From: Candidatus Saccharimonadales bacterium
GTDB taxonomy: Bacteria; Patescibacteriota; Saccharimonadia; Saccharimonadales; UBA10212
NCBI GenBank assembly: GCA_040900055.1
Contig: JBBDZU010000002.1
Coordinates: 18,425 to 82,424 of the forward strand
Direction of reading: 5' to 3'
DNA: 64,000 nucleotides
Part shown: positions 46,072 through 55,117 of the stretch, piece by piece
How the letters are laid out: every line of letters begins with the position of its first letter
Position numbering within the stretch: the stretch's first letter is position 1
Program-made: the position numbers and the translations under genes
The notes under the pieces: model-generated
The model's input: the letters and a program-made list of their open reading frames with translations, nothing else
Databases searched by the model: none
What the model was told of the DNA's origin: nothing

Positions 46072-46680
46072 GTGCTTTTGTTATTCTTGAATCAGATGGA
46101 AGAATTAAATTTAGAAAACCTCCATAAGCGTTGGAATAAGTGGCGCCTGAAAAATACTTTTCTGCTTGCTGTTGGTCTTGTCGTATTTCTTATGTTGGTA
46201 GCCATCCCGCAGGTTGAATCATTTATAAAAAGTCTCGGGGCACTTGGCCTTCTAGGGGCCTTTTTAATTGGCTTCTTTTTTGTGCTAACTTACACCGCCG
46301 TACCGGCGGCTTTTGTGCTTTTTGAGTTAGCTAAATATAACGCCCCGCTAGAAATCGCTCTAATTGCCGCGGCTGGTTCAATGCTTGGCGATTATTTTAT
46401 TTTTCGTTTTTTGCGAGATAAGGTTATCTCGGAACTTAAGCCATACTTAGCTAGAATTGGCACCCCAAAAATACAGCATCTTTTTAAGACACCTTACTTT
46501 GCTTGGCTCCTGCCGGTTTCTGGTGCCTTAATAATAATGTCGCCCGGACCGGACGAGATAGGCGTAGGCTTAATAGGCTCTTCAAAAATCAGTAACACTC
46601 GCTTTCTATTACTGTCCTACTCATTAAATGCCGTTGGAATTTTATTAATCGTCTTAGCTGCCCAAAGTCTCTCAAAATAG
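46072..46680 (+). CDS. hypothetical membrane protein (possible DedA/VTT-like)
   Basis: 202 aa with four to five TM helices. GSMLGDYFIFRFLRDKV resembles the VTT-domain motif. ATG 46096 is an alternative start. Confidence 0.4.
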   Translation: MLLLFLNQMEELNLENLHKRWNKWRLKNTFLLAVGLVVFLMLVAIPQVESFIKSLGALGLLGAFLIGFFFVLTYTAVPAAFVLFELAKYNAPLEIALIAAAGSMLGDYFIFRFLRDKVISELKPYLARIGTPKIQHLFKTPYFAWLLPVSGALIIMSPGPDEIGVGLIGSSKISNTRFLLLSYSLNAVGILLIVLAAQSLSK

Positions 46681-47072
46681 TTAGTTATTCTCCTGCAGGG
46701 TGAAATTATTAACGGCTAAAAGCTGGCAGTTTATTTAGTATTAAGCACTAACGGAAGGAGGGCTTATGAATATACGCCGGCATTGGCGAATGCGCCGAGC
46801 AATCCGCCATGCGGAGATTGAGTCATTGCTAAATGATGACATTTATCCTTAGTAGGGAGCTATTTGTGAGCAAACATAAATCCGCAGACCAAAAACTGGG
46901 TATCAGAAACAAGCCTAAAGGAGCCTACAAGAAGGCACCACTATCGGTTGCGCCGCAAGTCCCAAAAAGAGGCACTAACTCTTTGAACCAATTTAGGTAA
47001 ATGGATGTCAAAGTGCTCCTGCTTACCCCCTTGACATGATACAATGTCGGTGTAATTAAGAGGTATCAAGCT

Positions 47073-47324
47073 ATGGAACCCGAACAAGATCAAAAGTCGG
47101 CCCAGGCTACCGCCGAGCGGCCAGCTCAAGCTGCCCCGGCTGCCGCGCCGCCCGAAGAATCATCTGCGTCAAAGCCAACAAAAGCTGCCACCAGCTATGG
47201 CAAACGACCAATGTGGCAGTGGGTACTGCTATATGTAGTCTTGGCCATTATTGTTTATGGCCTTATCTACTACTTCTTCCTCCGTGACAGTGGCACAGAC
47301 GGTACTGGCGGATTAGGTTACTAG
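47073..47324 (+). CDS. small membrane protein with an Ala/Pro-rich N-terminus
   Basis: 83 aa. AAGAGG lies 8 nt upstream of the ATG. A candidate promoter is TTGACA, a 16-nt spacer, then TAATTA. One TM helix (WVLLYVVLAIIVYGLIYYFF). Confidence 0.55.
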   Translation: MEPEQDQKSAQATAERPAQAAPAAAPPEESSASKPTKAATSYGKRPMWQWVLLYVVLAIIVYGLIYYFFLRDSGTDGTGGLGY

Positions 47325-47328
47325 AAGC

Positions 47329-47808
47329 CTAAGCTGCGTATTCCCCGCTTTTTTTGCGGTGCTTTATAGCAGTTAGTCGCGGTATATATGCTCGGGCTGC
47401 GGCATCTAGCCCTAATACTTTTAAGGCTCCAATTAGCACATATAATTGGTCGAGTTCACGTTCTAAAACTTTAGGGGAGTCTTCGGCATCTTTAAAAAAT
47501 ACTTCTACTTTATTGACCAGCCATTTCTCTTCGCTGGTGTTAAGCTGACGCGGCGTAATATCGGTAATTTGCTTTAGGCCGGATGGTTTTACTACTTCTA
47601 ACGATCGCGCAGACCGGTCGCGTTTATTAAGGTGACCACGCTTTATCAAATTATTAACGTGCAGGCTGACAGTTGCCACCGAAGTGTAGTTTAGACCCCT
47701 CATAATCTCACGGTAGCTGGGGCTGTAGCCGCGACTAGCTATAAAACCTTCGATAAAGGTTAGCAGCTCTTTTTGCTTCTTAGTTGGTCTAATTTTGGTA
47801 CTTTCCAT
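47329..47808 (-). CDS. LexA-N-terminal-domain (winged helix) regulator lacking the S24 peptidase domain
   Basis: PTKKQKELLTFIEGFIASRGYSPSYREIMRGLNYTSVATVSLHVNNLIKRGHL matches the LexA DNA-binding domain pattern. The C-terminal ~90 aa has no Ser/Lys dyad (GDSM) region. Start uncertain: ATG 47808, or TTG 47859 as in the track. Confidence 0.7.
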   Translation of the reverse strand: MESTKIRPTKKQKELLTFIEGFIASRGYSPSYREIMRGLNYTSVATVSLHVNNLIKRGHLNKRDRSARSLEVVKPSGLKQITDITPRQLNTSEEKWLVNKVEVFFKDAEDSPKVLERELDQLYVLIGALKVLGLDAAARAYIPRLTAIKHRKKSGEYAA

Positions 47809-48016
47809 TAGTTTAAATATACCAATTTTGTAAAATCGTGCTTCAGCAGAGCTTTGCAAAATTGAGAGGAGAAAGCGACTTGAGGTTGAGAGTAAGCAAG
47901 AATTACGAGCTTACGAAAATCGAGCGTCGATCCCGACGACACACCGCTATTATAACTGCCTAATCCACTCTGGGCATCAATACTCCCTCACATCTCCATA
48001 CTCACCCGACTCACAT

Positions 48017-48050
48017 ATACTCACGTACTAGTATACTAGTACGTGAGTAT
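48017..48050. repeat. perfect 34-nt palindrome (copy 2 of 2)
   Basis: ATACTCACGTACTAGTA|TACTAGTACGTGAGTAT, identical to the core of the 16696-16735 palindrome. It lies 40 nt after the gtrA stop and 160-210 nt upstream of the LexA-like gene. Confidence 0.9.
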
Positions 48051-48089
48051 GGTGATGAAGGGGCATGGTGATGGGTTGGCAAAGAAATG

Positions 48090-48539
48090 CTAGCGCAGGT
48101 GCTTTTTGGCAGGATGGCGCGGAGCCGGTATTCTGATTGGGAAAACCCAAAAGCGGTACCAAAAGTAATTCCAAACCGTAAAGAAACCGGCCGATATAAA
48201 GTTGCCAATATATGGTGTTATCCCTGCCAGCCTTAAGCCGTAGATAATAAAGAAGTCCATCACAAAATCAATTAAGGAAATTACTATGTAGCGGCCGCTG
48301 ACCTGGCCAAAATGGCCAGATAAGTGAGGGTTACGAAATACCCAGTATCGTTGCAGAATAAAGTTAATAGCCCAGCCAAAAATATTAGCGCCTAGCTTGG
48401 CCCACCACAGGCTCCAACGTAAACCGGACCAAAGTAGCGCAAATACCAAATAACCGCTCCAAAAATAAGCTCCGCCGGAAATTAAATATTCAATAAACTG
48501 GATTAATAGCTCACGGCTAGATTTTGATAACTTTTGCAT
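48090..48539 (-). CDS. GtrA-family membrane protein
   Basis: 149 aa, four TM helices. LIQFIEYLISGG and QRYWVF motifs are typical of GtrA. Confidence 0.75.
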   Translation of the reverse strand: MQKLSKSSRELLIQFIEYLISGGAYFWSGYLVFALLWSGLRWSLWWAKLGANIFGWAINFILQRYWVFRNPHLSGHFGQVSGRYIVISLIDFVMDFFIIYGLRLAGITPYIGNFISAGFFTVWNYFWYRFWVFPIRIPAPRHPAKKHLR

Positions 48540-49860
48540 CTGCTTTTTGCTTACTAGGGAGTATAACAGGACTACAAGCCACCCCCGCTAACCCCCACCA
48601 AAGATAGGCCAAAGTGTCATCTGTCCAGGCATGGGACACTAAGTTGATAAACGTAATCCCGGCTAAGCTTGCTAGTAGTGCTCTGCCTAAAGGCTGATCT
48701 TTGACTTTCCAAAGCTCTTTAATAATCAGACCTAGCATTGATAGGAACAAAATCAGCCCGGCTACACCTAATTCCTGGCCGATCTGAACGAAATAATTTT
48801 CAGAAATTTTAGGTTCACTATTCAAATTCCTTCGCGAGGCAGGACCGGCGCTGCCGACACCTCCACCCAGCGGGTTATTAATAATATCCTTGGCGCCTCC
48901 TTTGATAGCTTCCAGCCTTTGGGCATTTGAGCTTTCTTGTGACGGCGATACTTCGCTAGAGTGAAATACAGCGTTTTGAATAAAATCATTATCCCTTAGC
49001 CAAAAAAAGCTCAGGCTGCTAAGGGTTATTAGCACTATGCCAACTGCCGCAACCGTATGACGGGCGAAAGCTTTTTTCCGACTCAAGCCGAATAAAACAG
49101 CTAGAGCTATGATCGTGCCTATTTCTGCGCTCCTAGAATAGCTGCCAAATAAAAGGATAGCCGCAGCCCCAACTAATAGGAGTAGTTTTGGGGATTTTTT
49201 AATAGTCGTTAGGATAAGCGCCACAGACAATGTAATGACTAGCAAGAGGTAAGCACCCAAAGGGTTAGGCCCTGGAAGGGTGGATTGCACTCTTACAAAA
49301 TCAGGGTTTTGATCAACTAACTGATAGGGGGTAACTGTTTGTGGGCCATAACCGATGTGCGTCAATATATTGTCTGATAAAATAAACATTTGCATTAAGC
49401 CAAATAAAGTGACGATACCTGCTGGAAAGAATATAATTTTCAGCCATGGTAGGCCTCTTAATTTATCTTTGGCCACACTAGCTGCAAGTAAAACTAATAA
49501 GAAAAATCCGGGTAACCGTAAATCCAAAATCAGACCCTGCAAGATAGCCTTGTAGGATACCCGGCCTGTGGCAAAATCAATGGCGGCTACTATCAAAATA
49601 AAGAGGATGTAAGCAAGAGGTATAAAAATTATGGGCTTACGCATTAGTTGCTTAAGCAAGGAGAGGTGATGGAAAATAAAGTTAACAATAATGGCAGCTA
49701 CTACAATCAGCGCAAGTTCTTTCCAAACCCTGAAGAAATAAAAATTCTCAAAATTGCTAACCGCCCAGACATACAAGGGGGTATAAAAGGGACTGATCAG
49801 CATAACAGCCGCTACAACGTATGCTACGGCTTTAATACTAAAAGGGTTTTTATATCTCAT
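48517..49860 (-). CDS. O-antigen ligase / polymerase family (Wzy_C-like) membrane protein
   Basis: 447 aa, about 11 TM helices. A periplasmic loop with GSYSRSAEIG is typical of the family. Confidence 0.65.
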   Translation of the reverse strand: MRYKNPFSIKAVAYVVAAVMLISPFYTPLYVWAVSNFENFYFFRVWKELALIVVAAIIVNFIFHHLSLLKQLMRKPIIFIPLAYILFILIVAAIDFATGRVSYKAILQGLILDLRLPGFFLLVLLAASVAKDKLRGLPWLKIIFFPAGIVTLFGLMQMFILSDNILTHIGYGPQTVTPYQLVDQNPDFVRVQSTLPGPNPLGAYLLLVITLSVALILTTIKKSPKLLLLVGAAAILLFGSYSRSAEIGTIIALAVLFGLSRKKAFARHTVAAVGIVLITLSSLSFFWLRDNDFIQNAVFHSSEVSPSQESSNAQRLEAIKGGAKDIINNPLGGGVGSAGPASRRNLNSEPKISENYFVQIGQELGVAGLILFLSMLGLIIKELWKVKDQPLGRALLASLAGITFINLVSHAWTDDTLAYLWWGLAGVACSPVILPSKQKADAKVIKI

Positions 49861-49905
49861 TATTGAGGTTTGGGGTAATCACGTTCTAAGATAGTATTAT
49901 AGATT

Positions 49906-51351
49906 ATGAAGAGTAACGCCTCCCTCGTATACGGCTTAGTGCTAGTTGTAGGAGATTTTTTAGCCTTAGTAGCCGCTTTTATCTTCGCCTACGCTATCCG
50001 GGGCCCATTATCTACCGTACCTGTTGCCACTCCAATCCCGGCTACTGAGTATTTGAGTGCTTTTTTACTACTTCTACCCTTTTGGATATTAATTTTTGCT
50101 TTGCTTGGGCTTTATAGCCCTTCAATTCAAGAAAAGCGTTTTTCGGAACTAGGTCGTCTGCTCATGGGCTCCTTTGTAGGCTTACTTTTTGTAATTGCCT
50201 ATAGCTACTTACTTGATAAAACCATTTTCCCATCACGACTAGTGCCAGTTTATGGTTTCAGCCTGGCCTTTATTTTCTTAGTGGCCTTTAGAAACTTAGC
50301 TCGTGAGTTTAGGGCACGGCTCTATCGATACGATATTGGCATAACTAACATATTGATTGTGGGTAATACTAAAGTTGCACGTGAGCTGGTCGAAAATCTG
50401 GCGGACTATCACATCTCCGGCTACCGGCTTGTAGGCGTAGTGGGCAATAAAGCTCATACTGCCAAGCGCTACCCCCACCTGCCCGTCTTTGACAACTTTG
50501 AGCAGGCTGTGTCTAAACTTAAACCTAATGATATCCATAGCATTGTCCAAACTGAGCTATATGCCGATGCAGATCTCAATAATGAGATCCTAGAGTTTGC
50601 CCAAACTCATCATATTGCCTACCGTTTTGTACCCGGCAACAGTGAGTTGTTTGTTGGCAATATCGCAGTTGAGTTGTTCCGGTCCCAGATCCCGGTGATA
50701 GCCGTACATCAAACAGCTTTAATTGGCTGGGGCCGGATTGTTAAGCGCCTGACTGACTTCTTGCTCGGGGGGATGGCCTTCACTGTGTCTCTACCTTTCA
50801 TGCTCTTTATAGCTCTGGCGGTTAAGGTGTCTGACATACGCGGGCCAATTTTTTATAAAGATAGGCGTTTAACTCGGTTTAACAATATTGTAAATATCTA
50901 TAAATTCCGAAGTCATAAACAGGTTTATAGTGGGTTAACCCCAGAAGAGGCTTTTGCCAACATGGGTCGCCCAGAGCTTACAAAAACTTACCGCAGAAAT
51001 GGTGATTATCTAGCCACTGATCCACGAATTACTCCCTTTGGAAGATTTCTACGTCGCACCAGTCTTGATGAACTGCCCCAGTTATTTAATGTAGTAAAAG
51101 GCGACCTAAGCTTAGTGGGGCCACGAGCTTTGCAAGTTAGTGAGCTGGAACAATATGACAAAAAGGATATGATCTTAGCAGTTAAATCCGGTGTGACTGG
51201 CCTTGCCCAAGTCTCTGGCCGACGTTCGATTAGCTTTGACGAGCGCCGTAAGCTTGACCTTTATTATGTCCAAAACTGGAGTTTGTGGTTAGACCTTATA
51301 ATCTTGGTCAAGACTATACGAGTTGTCTTTTCACGCATCGGAGCAAAATAG
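49906..51351 (+). CDS. polyprenyl-phosphate glycosyl-1-phosphate transferase (WbaP-like initiating sugar transferase)
   Basis: 481 aa. N-terminal TM helices, a central Rossmann-like domain, and a C-terminal Bac_transf domain with DELPQLFNVVKGDLSLVGPRA. Confidence 0.88.
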   Translation: MKSNASLVYGLVLVVGDFLALVAAFIFAYAIRGPLSTVPVATPIPATEYLSAFLLLLPFWILIFALLGLYSPSIQEKRFSELGRLLMGSFVGLLFVIAYSYLLDKTIFPSRLVPVYGFSLAFIFLVAFRNLAREFRARLYRYDIGITNILIVGNTKVARELVENLADYHISGYRLVGVVGNKAHTAKRYPHLPVFDNFEQAVSKLKPNDIHSIVQTELYADADLNNEILEFAQTHHIAYRFVPGNSELFVGNIAVELFRSQIPVIAVHQTALIGWGRIVKRLTDFLLGGMAFTVSLPFMLFIALAVKVSDIRGPIFYKDRRLTRFNNIVNIYKFRSHKQVYSGLTPEEAFANMGRPELTKTYRRNGDYLATDPRITPFGRFLRRTSLDELPQLFNVVKGDLSLVGPRALQVSELEQYDKKDMILAVKSGVTGLAQVSGRRSISFDERRKLDLYYVQNWSLWLDLIILVKTIRVVFSRIGAK

Positions 51352-52526
51352 TGCGTGTAGCTATCGTGCACGATTGGTTCGTAGGCGGTGGCGCGGAACG
51401 AGTCGTATATGAATTGCACAAAATGTACCCCAATGCACCGATTTTTACCGCCTATTGCAGTGATGAATGGCGCACAAAATTGGCTTCCACCCAAATTGTT
51501 ACTAGCTATATGCAGCACTGGCCTTTCTCCAAAATCCGCAAATTTTTACCTCCCCTAAGAGCTCTTTGGTTTTCACGCTTAGACTTCAGGGACTACGACC
51601 TAGTTATCAGCAGTTCGGGAGCCGAAGCCAAAGGAATCCGAGTTGAACGCCAACAATGGCAAATGGCATTTGGAAAAATTATTGGTAAATGGCAAATGAA
51701 AAATGAAAGATCTGATGTAAAGAGCCCAATTCACATCAGCTATATCCATGCACCCACGCATTATTACTGGGCGCGCTACGAAGATTATCTTGAGCAACCG
51801 GGCTTCGGTGTATTTAACTGGCTAGCCCGCCTAGGACTAAGATTATTAATCGGGCCGATGCGTCGTTGGGATTTTAAAGCTGCTCAGCGTCCTCAATACT
51901 TAATTGCCAACTCTCACTACACTAAGGACCAAATAAAAAAATGCTACAAAAGAGAGGCGACAGTTATTCATCCACCTGTGGATGTCGACCGCTTCAAACT
52001 ACCGACTACCAACCGTCAACTACCGCCGCGAAGCGGCTTTATAACGGCTGGAAGGCAGACTCCATATAAAAGAATCGATTTAGCGGTGACAGCCTGCAGT
52101 ATGCTTAATTTGCCATTAAAAGTTATCGGTTCTGGACCTGACCATAAAAAGCTCACGAAAATCGCTGGGCCGAGTGTGGCTTTCTTGGAACAAGTGAGTG
52201 ATGAAGCTATGCCTAAATTTTTAGGACAAGCTAAAGCTTTCATCTTCCCCGGTATTGATGATTTTGGAATTGTGGCTGTTGAAGCTTTAGCAGCCGGCAC
52301 GCCAGTAATTGCAGCTGGTTATGGTGGGGCTCTTGATTATATAACTAAAGAAACTGGTATTTTATTTAAACCTCAGTCCGAACAAGCTCTGGTAAAAGCT
52401 CTTGAGGAATTCGAGAATAAGCATTTTGATAGCCGAATAATTGCCAAGGCGGCTCAAAATTATTCGTTAGATGACTTTAGATTAAGCTTTAGGAGTTTTG
52501 TTAAAGACGTGGGTAAAGAAGCTTAA
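51351..52526 (+). CDS. glycosyltransferase family 4
   Basis: The GTG start at 51351 overlaps the upstream TAG by 1 nt (the track ORF begins 22 codons earlier inside the upstream gene). VAIVHDWFVGGGAERV N-terminus and a C-terminal EDFGIVAVEALAAGTPVIA (E-x7-E-type) motif. Confidence 0.85.
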   Translation: MRVAIVHDWFVGGGAERVVYELHKMYPNAPIFTAYCSDEWRTKLASTQIVTSYMQHWPFSKIRKFLPPLRALWFSRLDFRDYDLVISSSGAEAKGIRVERQQWQMAFGKIIGKWQMKNERSDVKSPIHISYIHAPTHYYWARYEDYLEQPGFGVFNWLARLGLRLLIGPMRRWDFKAAQRPQYLIANSHYTKDQIKKCYKREATVIHPPVDVDRFKLPTTNRQLPPRSGFITAGRQTPYKRIDLAVTACSMLNLPLKVIGSGPDHKKLTKIAGPSVAFLEQVSDEAMPKFLGQAKAFIFPGIDDFGIVAVEALAAGTPVIAAGYGGALDYITKETGILFKPQSEQALVKALEEFENKHFDSRIIAKAAQNYSLDDFRLSFRSFVKDVGKEA

Positions 52527-52626
52527 GTTGAACCATATAATAGTTCAATCATTTCCACAGTTAAATCTTTTTTTAACAGATTAAAAACTTAGTCGCACCA
52601 ATTTTTTCAGGGGATAACCCAAATTT

Positions 52627-53109
52627 TTATTCAGCAGTTATAAAAGGGTGTTTTTCTGCTACTTTTTCTGACAACTCTACTAGTCTGTCTAGGGTTTCAA
52701 GTTGAAGTTGTGCGTTTGATCTATAACCAGGCCTCCCGGAGTCGATATAGTCTCTCTTAAGGTGGATCACTTCTTCCTGGTGGCCCTGGCTATCAAGTTT
52801 AATTGCTGTCACATTCGGACAATAAGATGGATTCTCAGGCTGAAAAAGTAAAAAGATCCACCTTCCATTATCAGAGGTATCTACAGGTTCAATTTCTATG
52901 TAGCCTTTACCTGTAACTGTGTCCAGTTCTTGTCCTAATGGAAGAAGCCGGCTGAAGATTTCATCGAATCTTTGCAAGTTATCCTCCTCTAAAACATTAC
53001 TAGCGGCTTCCACGCTCATCAAACCAAAATAACAGCTATGTATTTGTTTTCCAAGCATGAGCATAATCAATCGAGTAGAATAGATATTATTTATGATTAT
53101 TAACTCCAA
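52627..53109 (-). CDS. hypothetical protein (start uncertain)
   Basis: The only minus-strand ORF inside the plus-strand glycan cluster. It is soluble with no motif recognised. Internal Met candidates are at 53064, 53058 and 53019, none with a Shine-Dalgarno sequence. Confidence 0.4.
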   Translation of the reverse strand: MELIIINNIYSTRLIMLMLGKQIHSCYFGLMSVEAASNVLEEDNLQRFDEIFSRLLPLGQELDTVTGKGYIEIEPVDTSDNGRWIFLLFQPENPSYCPNVTAIKLDSQGHQEEVIHLKRDYIDSGRPGYRSNAQLQLETLDRLVELSEKVAEKHPFITAE

Positions 53110-53121
53110 GAAGGCTATCTT

Positions 53122-54507
53122 ATGAGGCTTAGTTCATCCTTCAGGGATCCGAGTGGCTTTATGTTCCGAGCAGACGGCTCGTTACTGCGATATGTAAGTC
53201 TTCTTTATAAGGATAACTACGATAAGCTGCTCTCTTCAGGGCTCTATGAAAAACTAGAGGCAGCCAATTTACTAATTAGCCATCAAGATGTGACCAAAAA
53301 GCACGGCAAGGTTGATAATCGCTGTTACAAAATTTTAAGGCCCGAATTAGTCCCATTCATCTCATACCCATATGAGTGGTCCTTCTCCCAGTTAAAAGAC
53401 GCCGCCCTAACAACCTTGAAAATCCAGAAGCTAGCTTTAGAACATGGCATGATCCTAAAAGATGCCAGCGCTTACAACATTCAGTTCTATGGAGGCGAGC
53501 CTTTGTTGATTGATACGCTCTCTTTTGACGTTTATAAGGAAGGGCAAGCCTGGTTGGCTTACCAGCAGTTCTGCCATCATTTCATGGGCCCCCTAGCCTT
53601 AGCCGCCTATGTTGATATACGCCTGTTAAAGCTATTAAGGGATTATGTTGATGGTATTCCGCTAGACTTAGTCTCAAAATTACTGCCGGTTAAAACCAGG
53701 TTTAAACCTCAGCTTTACATGCATTTGCATCTCCATGCTAAAAGTCAGAAAAAACACGCCGGAAGGCAGAAAAAAGTCTCGGCTACTTTAAGCCTTAAAG
53801 CCCTAAATAATCTAGTGGATAGCTTAGAGTTGGTTATTAAGTCCCTAAAGTGGCAGCCATCCGGCACTCAGTGGGCCGATTATTACGAAGACACTAACTA
53901 CAGCCAAACAGCCTTTAAATCGAAGTTAAAGATAGTAGAAGAATTAATTAGCTTATCTAAGCCTTCAGTCATGTGGGATATGGGAGCTAACATTGGAGAA
54001 TTTAGCCGGCTGGCCAGCAATAAAGATGTTTTTACAATTGCCTTTGATACGGACCCGGCTGCCGTTGAAAAAAATTATCTGCAAGTCAAAAAAAATAGTG
54101 AGTCAAATTTGCTACCTTTAACTTTAGACCTGGCTAACCCCAGCCCGCCTATTGGGTGGGCTAACCAAGAAAGAATGTCACTTAGCGACAGAGGTTCACC
54201 TGATTTGGTTATGGCACTGGCTCTAATCCACCACTTAGCAATATCTAATAATGTGCCCTTAGCTGATATTGCCAAGTTTTTTGCTGGTTTAACTAAGCAT
54301 TTAATAATCGAATTTGTACCTAAAGAGGATTCACAAGTAAAAAGATTGCTTCTTAACCGTAAGAATATTTTTTCAAACTATTCCCAAAAAGAATTCGAGA
54401 AGGTTTTTGCAAACTATTATAAGGTCGTTAAAAGCGCAAAAGTATCAGGCAGCCAAAGAACTATCTATTTAATGAAGAACCTAATCAATTTAAGAAATAT
54501 TGATTAG
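53122..54507 (+). CDS. two-domain protein with a C-terminal class I SAM-dependent methyltransferase
   Basis: 461 aa. The N-terminal domain starts FRDPSGFMF. The C-terminal part has the motif I-like VMWDMGANIGEFS and the acidic loop AFDTD. Confidence 0.6.
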   Translation: MRLSSSFRDPSGFMFRADGSLLRYVSLLYKDNYDKLLSSGLYEKLEAANLLISHQDVTKKHGKVDNRCYKILRPELVPFISYPYEWSFSQLKDAALTTLKIQKLALEHGMILKDASAYNIQFYGGEPLLIDTLSFDVYKEGQAWLAYQQFCHHFMGPLALAAYVDIRLLKLLRDYVDGIPLDLVSKLLPVKTRFKPQLYMHLHLHAKSQKKHAGRQKKVSATLSLKALNNLVDSLELVIKSLKWQPSGTQWADYYEDTNYSQTAFKSKLKIVEELISLSKPSVMWDMGANIGEFSRLASNKDVFTIAFDTDPAAVEKNYLQVKKNSESNLLPLTLDLANPSPPIGWANQERMSLSDRGSPDLVMALALIHHLAISNNVPLADIAKFFAGLTKHLIIEFVPKEDSQVKRLLLNRKNIFSNYSQKEFEKVFANYYKVVKSAKVSGSQRTIYLMKNLINLRNID

Positions 54508-54595
54508 GATTACTACCCCTATTGCGCTTAAGCTTGAAAGGTGTTAGTATACAGACACACTGCGATAAACGGTCAGTGCGGTAAAATAAAAAGCT

Positions 54596-55117
54596 ATGGT
54601 TCGGAAACTTAGAAAACTCTATCTTAATAAAAGGCTGGCTTTAGTAGTAACAGCCGCATTGCTCTTGCTTGTAGGAGCATTCGCTTTTAATCAGTCGAAG
54701 GACAAGGATGTAGCTACCGAGACGGCACCCGAGCCTTATATAAACCTTGATCCGCCCACAGCGGAGCAAAAGCAGGCGACCGAGGAATTCAAGAAATCGC
54801 TGGCTGAAGATCAGCCAAGAACACCGCGTACTACCTCAAGCGGTAAAACTCAAGTTACTCCGATAATCACGAGTGTCTCCGGCGGTGAAGTTAGGTCATA
54901 TGTCCAGGGTGTAATTGAGGATGGCGGTACTTGCACCGCTATAGCCACCAAGAGCGGAGCGTCACTCGTCAGCAGCAGCTCCATTGGATTTGCCGACGCC
55001 ACATACACAGGATGTCCGCCTATTAAGCTCGATTTAAGTGGTAATGGCTGGTCGGTAACCGTCAGTTATAGTTCACCAACGTCAGAAGGCAAGTCAAGCG
55101 CCTATGGGGCCAATTGA
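54596..55117 (+). CDS. secreted or membrane-anchored hypothetical protein
   Basis: 173 aa with an N-terminal TM/signal segment (LALVVTAALLLLVGAFAF). No family recognised. Confidence 0.5.
   Translation: MVRKLRKLYLNKRLALVVTAALLLLVGAFAFNQSKDKDVATETAPEPYINLDPPTAEQKQATEEFKKSLAEDQPRTPRTTSSGKTQVTPIITSVSGGEVRSYVQGVIEDGGTCTAIATKSGASLVSSSSIGFADATYTGCPPIKLDLSGNGWSVTVSYSSPTSEGKSSAYGAN

Noticed and set aside
48011-48208. 65-aa minus-strand ORF
   Set aside because: It overlaps the gtrA 3' end out of frame and runs across the palindrome.
51285-51350. Track start of the GT4 ORF inside the upstream sugar-transferase gene
   Set aside because: GTG 51351 overlaps the upstream stop and is followed immediately by the typical GT4 N-terminus (VAIVHDW...). 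The 22-codon extension is therefore unlikely.
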